Shown piece by piece: positions 19,350-28,459 of a stretch of 64,000 nucleotides of DNA (position 1 is the stretch's first letter; each line of letters opens with the position of its first letter). The DNA is taken from assembly GCA_046754105.1 (NCBI GenBank), contig JBHHVD010000001.1:1-64000 (forward strand), written 5' to 3'. Source of the DNA: Candidatus Krumholzibacteriia bacterium. Lineage in GTDB: Bacteria; Krumholzibacteriota; Krumholzibacteriia; WVZY01. The notes beneath the pieces are model-generated. The model searched no databases, was not told the DNA's origin, and saw only the letters and a program-made list of their open reading frames with translations. A program made the position numbers and the translations under genes.

Positions 19350-20306
19350 TCAACCGTCAGGCGGGCCGGCACGATAGACACCCGAGTCCCTGTTAAAGTC
19401 TCTCCACCCAAACTCGTACGCGAGGACGCCCGGCAAGAGGTTGCCGGCGGAGTCGGTGGCCCACGCGGTAAGGGCCCCCTTGTCGTAGTGGATCGCGACT
19501 TCCGTCCCGTCCATTTCCAGGCGGAGGGGTGTGTCGGTTTTTTCGAGTTCGGCAAACGGAAAAAACATCGTCTCCCCACCCCGGGTAAGGCCCAGCCCCA
19601 AGACCGACGTGTCGTGACCCTGCGGACGTTCCTTCGGCCTCGGCGGTCCGGGCCGGCGGCTGCGATACCGGTAAGGGTAGCCCTCTTTTCCCGGCACGAC
19701 CATGACGAGGCTCCCGGGGTGGCGTAGCCGCCAGAATTTCCACGTGGTTTGGATCGAGGCGATTACGGGCAGCGGTGTGCCGTTCATGGGACCGTGAATG
19801 GCGCGTCCGTCGAGCTGCGACCAGACGCTGTTGGTTTCACGGTCGGCGATGAGCAGGTTGTCCTTTATGAGGCCTTCGGCGAAATCGAACGTCAGTTCCC
19901 GTCCGTCGATCGTGCGGGCGTACACGACGCCCGATCCGGTAAGCGGTCACCATGACGGCGCGAGAGGGGTCTCCCCCACCCGGTCATCCACGATTTCATA
20001 CATGGCCAGGTAGCGTATCGGGTAGGCCATCGCCCGGCCTTCGATCACTACGCCCAGGACGAGGTCGTCGTCGTCGAGCGTCGCTTCGCCCGCCGGTACG
20101 GAGGCCGGGTCGGTCGGAGACGGGTGCACTTTCATTTCCACCTCCGCCACCTCGGCCCCGGGGCGCGGCTGCACCCGGGCACGAATTATGCGGACTCCGG
20201 GCTCCGAGGGCGGCGCGGGATCTCCCGCGGCGGCGGGCACGGGCGGCGCGGCGGCGGTAACGGCTGCGACGAGCGCAAGCACCGGTATGAAACGGGCTTT
20301 TGCCAT
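19350..20306 (-). CDS. DUF3179-family exported protein, probable selenoprotein (in-frame TGA at 19947-19949)
   Basis: ORFs 19947..20306 and 19350..19925 are in the same frame and read ...AYPIRYL..EIVDD...APSW-TGA-PLTGSGVVY...DRETNSVWSQL; SECIS-like hairpin follows the TGA; signal peptide. Confidence 0.8.
19908..19936 (-). promoter_or_regulatory. Bacterial SECIS-like hairpin
   Basis: CGGGCGU stem, CGUGU loop, ACGCCCG; the loop starts 21 nt after the UGA and has G at its second position followed by U. Confidence 0.6.
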
Positions 20307-20371
20307 GGCGGTCCTCCGGTTAAAAGTTTACGTTTGCGGTCGTGGGCGGCGGAAACTACATTTATACGGCT

Positions 20372-20447
20372 TCCGGGGTAGTTGAGCTGGAACAACGCCA
20401 CGCTGTTAACGTGGATATCGCAGGTTCGAATCCTGCCCCCGGAGCCA
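20372..20447 (+). tRNA. tRNA-Asn (GTT)
   Basis: Acceptor stem TCCGGGG/CCCCGGA, D stem GTTG/CAAC, anticodon arm CCACG-CTGTTAA-CGTGG, T arm GCAGG-TTCGAAT-CCTGC, G73 and encoded CCA. Confidence 0.97.
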
Positions 20448-20540
20448 TTCTCCTCGAATAAAACCCGCTGTACCGGGTAGTTACCGCAACGGGTGGTCCC
20501 AGGCGCCGGCGGCTGCCGGCTCGTGCAAATGGAGGCTTGA

Positions 20541-20750
20541 ATGAACGGTATCAAGTTCAAATGCGCCAAGTGCAGTAACACCGAGTTCGAGGTGGGCGAA
20601 TTCCGCGCGACGGGCGGGTTTTTGACCAAGGTGTTCGACATCCAGACCCGGCGTTTCAGCACGGTCACCTGCACGCGATGCAAGTACACCGAAATCTACC
20701 GGGCCAGGAGCAGCATGCTGGGAAACGTCTTCGACTTCTTTACCGACTAG
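20541..20750 (+). CDS. Small zinc-ribbon protein
   Basis: CAKC...CTRC.YTEIY pattern; GGAGG RBS. Confidence 0.85.
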   Translation: MNGIKFKCAKCSNTEFEVGEFRATGGFLTKVFDIQTRRFSTVTCTRCKYTEIYRARSSMLGNVFDFFTD

Positions 20751-21091
20751 CCCCCCGGACTTTCCCCCGCCGCTGTTCGTGGTTGGTTGGGGCCTCTCGT
20801 GGCCCGTCCGGAAAGCAATCGGCCCATGTACTTGAGCTTGGCCCAGAAAAAATTGAACTGTCCGAGAATCGTGCCCCAGGCCAGAAGCGAGAGTTGGTAA
20901 AGCGGCATAATGACCAGTATGTAGACCGTCCACTTCAGCCAGCCCGGGCTGTTGTCCGGCAGCAGCAGCCCGAGCACGGGACCCTTGACTCGTACCACGG
21001 TCATCCCCGCCAGTGAGAACGCCAGCAAGATCGCGATAACACCCCACACACCGACCCCCCAGCGTTTTTTCATCTTTTGAACGAATCCCAT
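20747..21091 (-). CDS. Small membrane protein (DUF6787-like)
   Basis: KKRWGV...ILLAFSLAG and YQ..LL..G...GQFNFFW pattern recalled for this family; GGAG RBS. Confidence 0.65.
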   Translation of the reverse strand: MGFVQKMKKRWGVGVWGVIAILLAFSLAGMTVVRVKGPVLGLLLPDNSPGWLKWTVYILVIMPLYQLSLLAWGTILGQFNFFWAKLKYMGRLLSGRATRGPNQPRTAAGESPGG

Positions 21092-21245
21092 ATTGTCCCG
21101 CGCTCCTTAACGGCGTGCATCACGTCCACCGGCCCGCATGCGCATTGTTTCAAAAACTGATAGCGGCCGATGAGATTTCCTTCTAGTATATACATCAACC
21201 CGCCGCCGGGACACCAGCGGAAACCCATAATCCCGGGGACTTTTT

Positions 21246-22358
21246 ATGGATCGCGTACTGGAATACCTTGCCCGTGAGACGCTGCTCGGGATCAGCCTGC
21301 AGCAGTACGTACTCGCGTTCGCTGCGATTCTGCTTTCCGTGCTGCTGAGGCGGATCTTCAGCTCGCTGGTTATCCGGACCTTGCGCCGCTTCGCCGCCCG
21401 TACGGCCACGCAGCTCGACGACATGCTGCTGGACGCGATAGGCCCCCCGGTGAGTTTCGCCTTCATCCTTGCCGGCATATACGCCGCCGCCGTGATCCTC
21501 GACCTGCCCCAGGAGCCGGTGGACGTGCGGACCTCCTCTATCGTGGCGCTGCAGGTAGCACTGGTCGTCGACGTCACCTGGCTTCTGATCCGCCTCGTGG
21601 ACGCCTTCGCGGCTTTTCTTGCCACGGCCGCGGGAAGGACCGAATCCAAGCTCGACGACCAGCTGATTCCGATCGTTCGTAAATCGCTCAAGACGTTTAT
21701 CGGGCTGCTCGCGTTCGTGTTCATCGTGCAGAACCTCGGTTACTCGGTGGGAAGCCTGCTCGCCGGACTCGGCATCGGCGGCCTGGCGCTGGCGCTGGCC
21801 GCCAAGGATACGCTGTCCAATTTCTTCGGGTCGCTGGCCATCCTCATCGACCGCCCGTTCGCCGTCGGTGACTGGATTCAAACCAGCGCCGACGAGGGCG
21901 TCGTCGAGGAGATCGGTTTTCGCTCGACACGCATTCGCACTTTCGCAAAGACGCAGATCTCGGTGCCCAACGCCGTCCTGTCCAACACTGTTGTCAACAA
22001 CTGGTCGCGCATGCCGATCCGCAGAGTCAAGATGGTGGTCGGGGTCACGTATGAGTCAAACGCGAGCCAGATGGAGAAGGCCGTCGCGGGAATACGAAAC
22101 ATCTTGAGGGGGCACAAGGAGATCTATCAGGATTTCTTCCTGGTGAACTTCACCGATTTCGGCGCGAGCTCGCTTGATATTTTCGTCTACTATTTCACCA
22201 CGACGACCGTGTGGGATGAATACCTGCGGATACGGCAAGAGATCAATATCGCGATCATGAAACTCGTCGAAAGCCTGGGCATGGAAATGGCGTTTCCGAC
22301 GCGGACCATCTACCACAAACACGAAACGGCCGCGGGCGAGCCCCCGGCCGCTGCCTAG
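21246..22358 (+). CDS. Small-conductance mechanosensitive channel (MscS family)
   Basis: LAGLGIGGLALALAAKDTLSNFFG, DRPFAVGDWI, GVVEEIGFRST and AFPTRT motifs. Confidence 0.93.
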   Translation: MDRVLEYLARETLLGISLQQYVLAFAAILLSVLLRRIFSSLVIRTLRRFAARTATQLDDMLLDAIGPPVSFAFILAGIYAAAVILDLPQEPVDVRTSSIVALQVALVVDVTWLLIRLVDAFAAFLATAAGRTESKLDDQLIPIVRKSLKTFIGLLAFVFIVQNLGYSVGSLLAGLGIGGLALALAAKDTLSNFFGSLAILIDRPFAVGDWIQTSADEGVVEEIGFRSTRIRTFAKTQISVPNAVLSNTVVNNWSRMPIRRVKMVVGVTYESNASQMEKAVAGIRNILRGHKEIYQDFFLVNFTDFGASSLDIFVYYFTTTTVWDEYLRIRQEINIAIMKLVESLGMEMAFPTRTIYHKHETAAGEPPAAA

Positions 22359-22379
22359 GCCATCGCCGCCGGGCGCGGA

Positions 22380-22811
22380 TCATCTACCCTTGATGTAATT
22401 CTCGAGCTGCTCGATGATGAACTCGCGCTCCGAAATCATTTCCTTGATCACGTCACCCGAGGAAAATACGCCGAGCAAGCGGCCGTCCTCCATGACGGGC
22501 AGGTGCCGGAAGCGCTTCTGCGTCATCAAGGCCATGCATTCCTCGATCGGCTGATCCGGTCCAACGAAAAGAACCTTCTCCGTCATGATGGAACTGACCG
22601 GCGTGCTCTTCGATGAGCGTCCCTGCAGAATCACCTTCCTCGCGTAGTCGCGCTCGGAAACGATCCCCACGAGGTCGTCACCGTCCACGACCAGAAGGGC
22701 GCCCACTCGCTTGTCCGCCATCAACTTGATCGCGTCAAATACGGACGCATCCGGCGAGACCGACCAGATGTCGCCCGGTTTCTTGTCCAGGAGCTGGCGT
22801 GCGGTCAACAT
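22380..22811 (-). CDS. Tandem CBS domain protein
   Basis: VGALLVVD..LVGIVSERDY and FRHLPV motifs; AAGGAG RBS. Confidence 0.92.
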   Translation of the reverse strand: MLTARQLLDKKPGDIWSVSPDASVFDAIKLMADKRVGALLVVDGDDLVGIVSERDYARKVILQGRSSKSTPVSSIMTEKVLFVGPDQPIEECMALMTQKRFRHLPVMEDGRLLGVFSSGDVIKEMISEREFIIEQLENYIKGR

Positions 22812-22854
22812 TTTTCAACTCCTTTTGTGTCAGTTCGCTTACGCGCGCGGTCTG

Positions 22855-24198
22855 CTATTTCGATTCTAACCAGGCAAAGTACCCTTTGTCAAAGCGAGTC
22901 AGATCGAAAAGCGTCGCGATCAGTCCGCCGTTCTCGCCCGCCCGGTGGGGGTTATAAAACTCCCAAACCACCTCGCGGCCCGGGGTCACCTCCAGCGCGC
23001 GTCCGTTGTCACTCTCCGTAATCAGCGTATTGCCGTTGGGCAGTCGATCCGTCGTACCGCACGTCATGGAATAGAGAGTATCGCCGTCCGCGCCGGCGAA
23101 CTCCCAGACCGTCTTCATTCCATTCGGGTCAAACTCTATCACTTTCGAAGTGCCGCCTCGACCCAGGTTGTCAAAGAGCAGGAAGTGCCCGTTGTCCAGA
23201 AGGACGGGGTCGTGCTGCCTCCGCCACATTCTCGTGAGCCCGCCGGATTTCGCCCACACTACCTGCTTCGATTGGAGGTCGGCAATGGCGATGGTATCGA
23301 GCTTGAGGAAGGATACGAGCACGTTACCTTTCTTGAAATGGGGCGAGAGATCGCTCATGCTGCCGTCGAAGACGTACAGAGAATTCGTATGGAAGAGATC
23401 GCCCCGGCGTCTCATGCCCCGCATCAGATGGCGATACGCGGAGTTCTCCATGCTTTCGAGAAGCGAGTACTCGGCGACGCGGGTGCCCTGCGCGTCGAGA
23501 ATCAAGACTACGTCTTCCAGCACCGGCCGTACCGGATTGATGCGGGAGATAATCCGCGCGCGCCGCGCCAGCACGTAGATGTCGCCCTCGGCGGTTACGA
23601 ACGCCTCGTGATGACAGCCACCGCGATACGCCCACAGCAGCCTGGAAAAGCGATCGAGCTTGACGATGCCGATTCCCTCCCAGATCGCCAGCAGGTCGCC
23701 GTTGGGATACGCGTGCACGCGCCGCCAGAACGTGCTGTGAATGGTGTGCGGCACCTCGGGCCACACGTCGTCGATGTTCATGCGCCACCGGTGCAGCACG
23801 GTGCCGTCCATATCCATGAGAAACGCTTCCGGTGCGTGCCCCGAGGTATAGAGGTTTACGCCTTCGTACGCCCGCGTCGTGTCGTGGCGGGTGATGTTGT
23901 CTCTGGCGGGAGCCTCTTTGTATCCCTGCAGGTACGGCAGCGCCATCATCTCGGAAAGCTCTTCGGATTCCTCGCCGCTGACGGCTCCCGGGGCCGCGCC
24001 GTTTTTCGCTTTGCGCCAGCGGCCCGGCAGGTCGCGCGGGCGGTTCGCCACGTCACCCAGAATCGTCAGCAGCTCCAGCGCAGGGTCGGCGGAGCCTTCG
24101 GGCGGCGTGTTGCCCGAAGGGCGTCTCAGGTAGAAGATCGTCACGCCGGCCAGCAGGACCAGGGACGTCACCAGAATGAGTTTACGCGCAGCAGTCAT
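22855..24198 (-). CDS. Arylsulfotransferase (ASST)-like beta-propeller protein
   Basis: HHE, HTNS, QHDP, LFDN and LPNGNTLITES motifs; start MTAARK with GGAGG RBS and a membrane/signal segment. Confidence 0.8.
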   Translation of the reverse strand: MTAARKLILVTSLVLLAGVTIFYLRRPSGNTPPEGSADPALELLTILGDVANRPRDLPGRWRKAKNGAAPGAVSGEESEELSEMMALPYLQGYKEAPARDNITRHDTTRAYEGVNLYTSGHAPEAFLMDMDGTVLHRWRMNIDDVWPEVPHTIHSTFWRRVHAYPNGDLLAIWEGIGIVKLDRFSRLLWAYRGGCHHEAFVTAEGDIYVLARRARIISRINPVRPVLEDVVLILDAQGTRVAEYSLLESMENSAYRHLMRGMRRRGDLFHTNSLYVFDGSMSDLSPHFKKGNVLVSFLKLDTIAIADLQSKQVVWAKSGGLTRMWRRQHDPVLLDNGHFLLFDNLGRGGTSKVIEFDPNGMKTVWEFAGADGDTLYSMTCGTTDRLPNGNTLITESDNGRALEVTPGREVVWEFYNPHRAGENGGLIATLFDLTRFDKGYFAWLESK

Positions 24199-24463
24199 GA
24201 ATCCTCCGCGGTGCCGTTGCCCCACCCACTCCGCCGCAAAACGCCGGCCGCCCGAGGGGCCCGGCGAGATTCCACCCGTGCTCCCGCCCGTTCGCCGGCG
24301 CAACAATCGCGGCGGCCCCACGATTCGATTATATGCTACCCGGCCCCGATCTTTCATCAACAACCGCCGCGGCGTGGCCGGAAGGCCGGGGACGCCGGCC
24401 CACCCCGGCGCGGAGCCGGATCCCGTCACAAGCGCCCGCCGGCCGGCGCGGGGCCGCTGGGAG

Positions 24464-27400
24464 CTACTGAACGACGACCTTGTAGCTCAAGGCGCCGCTC
24501 TGGCCCGGCAGGAGGAAGAAAGGACCGTTCTTGGAAAACAACAATCGCAGGAGACGCTCGTTGACGCTGTACTCGCACTCGTCGCCGTCCGACGGATCGA
24601 GCGTCAGGTATTGGGTGGGAAACCCGCCGCGAACCCACTCGACGTCCTGACCCGGGCCGAAAGCACCGGGAACGGGATCTACGTACGGCGAGATCGGATC
24701 CAGAATCGTAACGTTCTGCACGCTGTCCACACCGGGGTTGAAGAAGGAAATCGTATACGTGACCACCTCGCCGGGCTGCGCGGCGCCGCTGTCGACCGAT
24801 TTTTGCAGGGTGATCCGGCCGAGCTGCGTGCCCGCCACGGCCACGGCGTCGGCCGCCTGTGCGGACGTAGTAAGGCCGGTACCGGCTATGGGCTGGACGG
24901 CATCGACAGTGACACGAATCGTAGTCCCCAGCGGCGTGGCCGCCGGCACGAACACTCTGAGCAAGACCGACACCACCGTCCGCCCGAGGGCGGGGTCCAT
25001 GTCCAGGTCGGCGGGCTGCAAGGTCCGGTCGACTCCGTCGAAGACGCCGTTGCCGTTGTCATCCAGAAGAAACATCGTAACGACGCCGGCGGGGGCGGTC
25101 GCGGCGAGCGTTATCTGCCCGCGGGTGCCGACTTCGATCCGGTGCGGGAAATCCACGAAACCACCGGCGACCCCGGTCAGCACGGTGCCGGCGCCGAGCC
25201 GCAGCGGCAATACGTCGGCGAAATCGACTTGCAGGGTGTCGCCGGCGTTTAGCACGGACGGGCCGACGGTATCCGGTGATATCGAAATGAAACCGGACGG
25301 GTTGTGCTCGATGATCGTGACCTGCGAACCGCCGGCTATAAGAAACGTGTACTCGCCGCTGCCCGCTGTCTGCCCCACGAGACCACCGACGTCCTCGCGA
25401 ACGCCGACGCCGCCCAATCCGTTGTCGCCGGGCGAGAAGACGCCGTCGTGATCGGCGTCTTCGAAGACAATACCCCTGACGAGAGCCCCCGTTTGCGTAA
25501 CGAGTGCCACGCTCTCCGGATCGTTCGGCGGCAACGACGACCAGGCATTGATGAGCGTGTAATGCTGGCCCGTGCCGGCACCGGCCGGTACCTGCACCTT
25601 TACCGTATAGCTCAGCAGCGCTCCCCCACCGATGACGGGCGTAAAGAACGGCGCCGCGTGGTCGACAAAACCGTCGCTTACCAGCACGTTCCCCGCCGGC
25701 CAGCCCGCGGGCACGTCCCACGTAACGTAGAAAGAGTCCGCGAAGGAACCGGCGTTACGGACCTCGAGGGTTGAATTGTAGAGCGTACCGGCGTTGGCAG
25801 AGCGTAGTGACACTCCGCCCTGGCCCGTTCCCACCAGGCCGAACACCCCGGCACCGTCGCCGTCGATCACCAGGTCCGCGCGCGGAGGGCCGGTGATCGA
25901 GACGCGGGCTTCTACGCTCTCGACCGCGGTTGAATCCGACGACGACGCGACGTCGATGATGTACGAGTAACTCCCCGGTGCCGCGCCCGCCGGCGCCGTC
26001 ACCTGAAAGGTCAAGACGGCGGCGGCACCCTGGAGAACGGTGCCGGTGGCGAGCGGCGAGGCGCTGCCGTCGAGCGTCGCCGCCCACAACGGGATCGAGT
26101 TCCAGCGGACCGTGTACTGGTCGTCACCGGCGCCCTCGTTCTGGAGCTCGATCGTAAAGTTCATCGTCGCCGGCGCTGGGCGCGTTTGTACGGACAAACC
26201 ACCGAGCCCCGTCCCCGTAGCGCCGAAAATACCGTCTCCCGCGCCGTCGATCAGCGCGTCCACTACCACCGGCGGCACCACCACGACCCGGCCGATGACG
26301 CTGTCCATATAGAACGGTTTGTCGGTTTTCTGCGCGTCCACGATGATGTCGACGGTACCGCCCGGCTCGGACGCGGGTACCACGACCGAAAGCAGGTAGA
26401 CGCCCGCGGGATAACCCGCGACCGGCGAGCTTTGGCCGTCGAAAGTCACCTGCCAGCCCGGCGGCGTGTACCACATGACGTCCATGCTGTTGGTTCCGAC
26501 GAGGTTTTGCAGGTCGATCGAGAACGTCACCGAGTCCCCCGGCGCCAGCACTTGCGTGGAGCTGCCACCGAGGCCGGTACCGACCGGCCCGTAGATGCCC
26601 GCTCCGGATCCGTCGACCACCATGTCGATCTGGTTGTTGTCGCTGATGCTGACCGCCGCCGTAACACTCTCGGAAATGTTGTTGTCGCCGAGCGACACCG
26701 CGTTCAAGAACGACTGGTAGGTGCCGAAGGCCGCGGCGCCGGGTATCACGATCTTCAACACGTAGGCCGCCTGGGAGAACGGCGCGATCGCCGCGGTGGT
26801 AAATGGAAAGTTCTGATCCACCCCGCCATCGACCATGAATCCGTTCCATCCCGCACCGGGCGGGACCCAGCTGACCTGGAACGAATCGGCAACGCCACTT
26901 TCGTTCTCTATCACCAGGGGAAACAGCACCGCCGTTCCCAGGGCGCCCGCCGCCGTGCTGGAGCCGCCCAGTCCGGAAAAGGTCCCGTCGTAGATATCGT
27001 CGCCGCTCGCGCCGATGATCATGTCGACCTTCGGCGCCAGCACCCGCAGGACCGCGCGGATGGAATCCTTCTTGAGCGTATCGGGCAGCGCCGCCGCGGT
27101 GACGATGACCTGGTAGTCACCACCGGGATTGGGCTGGGGCACCGTCACGTCCAGGGTCATGAGCAGCGAACCCGAGGCCGGCACGACGGGAGTGGTAAAC
27201 GTGCCCACGAAGGGAGTGCCCCCGAGCCAGACGGTTACGGACGCGCCTGCGTCGGGCGCCGTCGTGATGCGGTAGTCGGCGGGGCCGTCGCCGCTGTTGA
27301 TCAATTCCAGGTCGTAGGAGATAGTCGTGTCGCGTGGCGCCTCCACCAGTGCGAAACCACCGCTGCCGTTCTCCCCGATCACGCCGAAGCCGTTGCCGTC

Positions 27401-28459
27401 GACGGCCATGTCGGCACCGTAGTTGGCATCGGTTATGATTGCCCGCAGGGTCGCGCTGTCGAAGCGGCTGCCCTGCGCGGTGCTCACCGCATCCAGGATG
27501 AAATCGTACGCGCCCGGGGCCGTGGCGGGAGCGGGAGCCGCACGCACGACGTAGGTTGCCACCGAACCGGGCGGGATAACGGGTGTCGTATAGGGAAGGC
27601 CCTGCGGTACACCTCCCGCCTCGAGCCATACGTTCCATCCGGCGGGCCCGGCCAACGACAATTGATAGGTGTCCGGCACCTGCCCCTCGTTTTCGACGTC
27701 GATGGCATAGACGAGCGTGTCGGTCGCGAGACCGCTTGTTGCGCCGAAGCCGCCCGCCCCCGAGCCGGTCGCGCCGAACACGTCGTCGCCGTCGCCGTCC
27801 ACCGCCAGGTCGACAAACTTCGTGTAAACAAGCGACACTTCATCCACGAACGTCCAGGTCTCGAAGAGATCGTCTATGGTGTTGGCCTGTTCGAAATAGA
27901 GCCGGACGGTCTGCCCCTGATACGCCATCATGTCGAAGCCTTCGGGCGCCGCTCCGTCGTCGCTGATCCAGCCGCTGTCCTTGAACTGGTCGTTGTATTC
28001 GGGAAACGTCTGCGCAAGGACCGTCTGCAGCACGGTGTTGTTCGTGCGGCGAATCTGAGCCACAAACGGATCGTACGGCGTGCTGTCGTACCCTTGCTGC
28101 CGCACCTTGAAGAAGAGCGTCGCGCTCGAGATGTTGCCCGGGATCGTCACTTCCTGGTACATGTAACCGGCGGCATCGCGGCGTTGCGGCGTATACTTGA
28201 ACCCGAGAAGGGCGGAGTAGCTGCCCGCGTACGGGAGATCGGGCACAACGACGTGATCGGCGTTGTTCGGGTTGGTGTTGGCACCGCGGAAGGCGCCGTG
28301 CACCCACGAGGCGCCGAAGTCACCCGTTTCGAACGTTCCGTTGATAACCAGCTCCGCGGCGAGGGCAGGTCCCCCCACTCCAGCGGCAGTCGCTGTCAAA
28401 AACAAGGCCAGCAAGGCAATCGCGCCCACTCGGACCGGATGTTCAGAAACCCAATTCAT
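24464..28459 (-). CDS. Large exported adhesin-like protein: CBM-like N-domain, six Ig-like repeats, SdrD-B-like domain, C-terminal truncated DUF11 domain
   Basis: Signal peptide; ELVINGTFETGDF..W; six D.xVDG.G.G.FG..G.G.GG repeats; GIVFEDADHDG; ITLQKSVD...PGEVVTYTI...ILDPI; ends SYKVVVQ. Confidence 0.75.
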   Translation of the reverse strand: MNWVSEHPVRVGAIALLALFLTATAAGVGGPALAAELVINGTFETGDFGASWVHGAFRGANTNPNNADHVVVPDLPYAGSYSALLGFKYTPQRRDAAGYMYQEVTIPGNISSATLFFKVRQQGYDSTPYDPFVAQIRRTNNTVLQTVLAQTFPEYNDQFKDSGWISDDGAAPEGFDMMAYQGQTVRLYFEQANTIDDLFETWTFVDEVSLVYTKFVDLAVDGDGDDVFGATGSGAGGFGATSGLATDTLVYAIDVENEGQVPDTYQLSLAGPAGWNVWLEAGGVPQGLPYTTPVIPPGSVATYVVRAAPAPATAPGAYDFILDAVSTAQGSRFDSATLRAIITDANYGADMAVDGNGFGVIGENGSGGFALVEAPRDTTISYDLELINSGDGPADYRITTAPDAGASVTVWLGGTPFVGTFTTPVVPASGSLLMTLDVTVPQPNPGGDYQVIVTAAALPDTLKKDSIRAVLRVLAPKVDMIIGASGDDIYDGTFSGLGGSSTAAGALGTAVLFPLVIENESGVADSFQVSWVPPGAGWNGFMVDGGVDQNFPFTTAAIAPFSQAAYVLKIVIPGAAAFGTYQSFLNAVSLGDNNISESVTAAVSISDNNQIDMVVDGSGAGIYGPVGTGLGGSSTQVLAPGDSVTFSIDLQNLVGTNSMDVMWYTPPGWQVTFDGQSSPVAGYPAGVYLLSVVVPASEPGGTVDIIVDAQKTDKPFYMDSVIGRVVVVPPVVVDALIDGAGDGIFGATGTGLGGLSVQTRPAPATMNFTIELQNEGAGDDQYTVRWNSIPLWAATLDGSASPLATGTVLQGAAAVLTFQVTAPAGAAPGSYSYIIDVASSSDSTAVESVEARVSITGPPRADLVIDGDGAGVFGLVGTGQGGVSLRSANAGTLYNSTLEVRNAGSFADSFYVTWDVPAGWPAGNVLVSDGFVDHAAPFFTPVIGGGALLSYTVKVQVPAGAGTGQHYTLINAWSSLPPNDPESVALVTQTGALVRGIVFEDADHDGVFSPGDNGLGGVGVREDVGGLVGQTAGSGEYTFLIAGGSQVTIIEHNPSGFISISPDTVGPSVLNAGDTLQVDFADVLPLRLGAGTVLTGVAGGFVDFPHRIEVGTRGQITLAATAPAGVVTMFLLDDNGNGVFDGVDRTLQPADLDMDPALGRTVVSVLLRVFVPAATPLGTTIRVTVDAVQPIAGTGLTTSAQAADAVAVAGTQLGRITLQKSVDSGAAQPGEVVTYTISFFNPGVDSVQNVTILDPISPYVDPVPGAFGPGQDVEWVRGGFPTQYLTLDPSDGDECEYSVNERLLRLLFSKNGPFFLLPGQSGALSYKVVVQ

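Noticed and set aside
19947..19949. DUF3179 gene as a nonsense pseudogene or as two separate genes
   Set aside because: The stop is TGA at the expected Cys position, the frame continues intact and a SECIS-like hairpin follows, so recoding is more parsimonious
20372..20447. tRNA-Asn as an integration site for a genomic island
   Set aside because: No integrase or transposase in the window and no duplicate of the tRNA 3' end noticed
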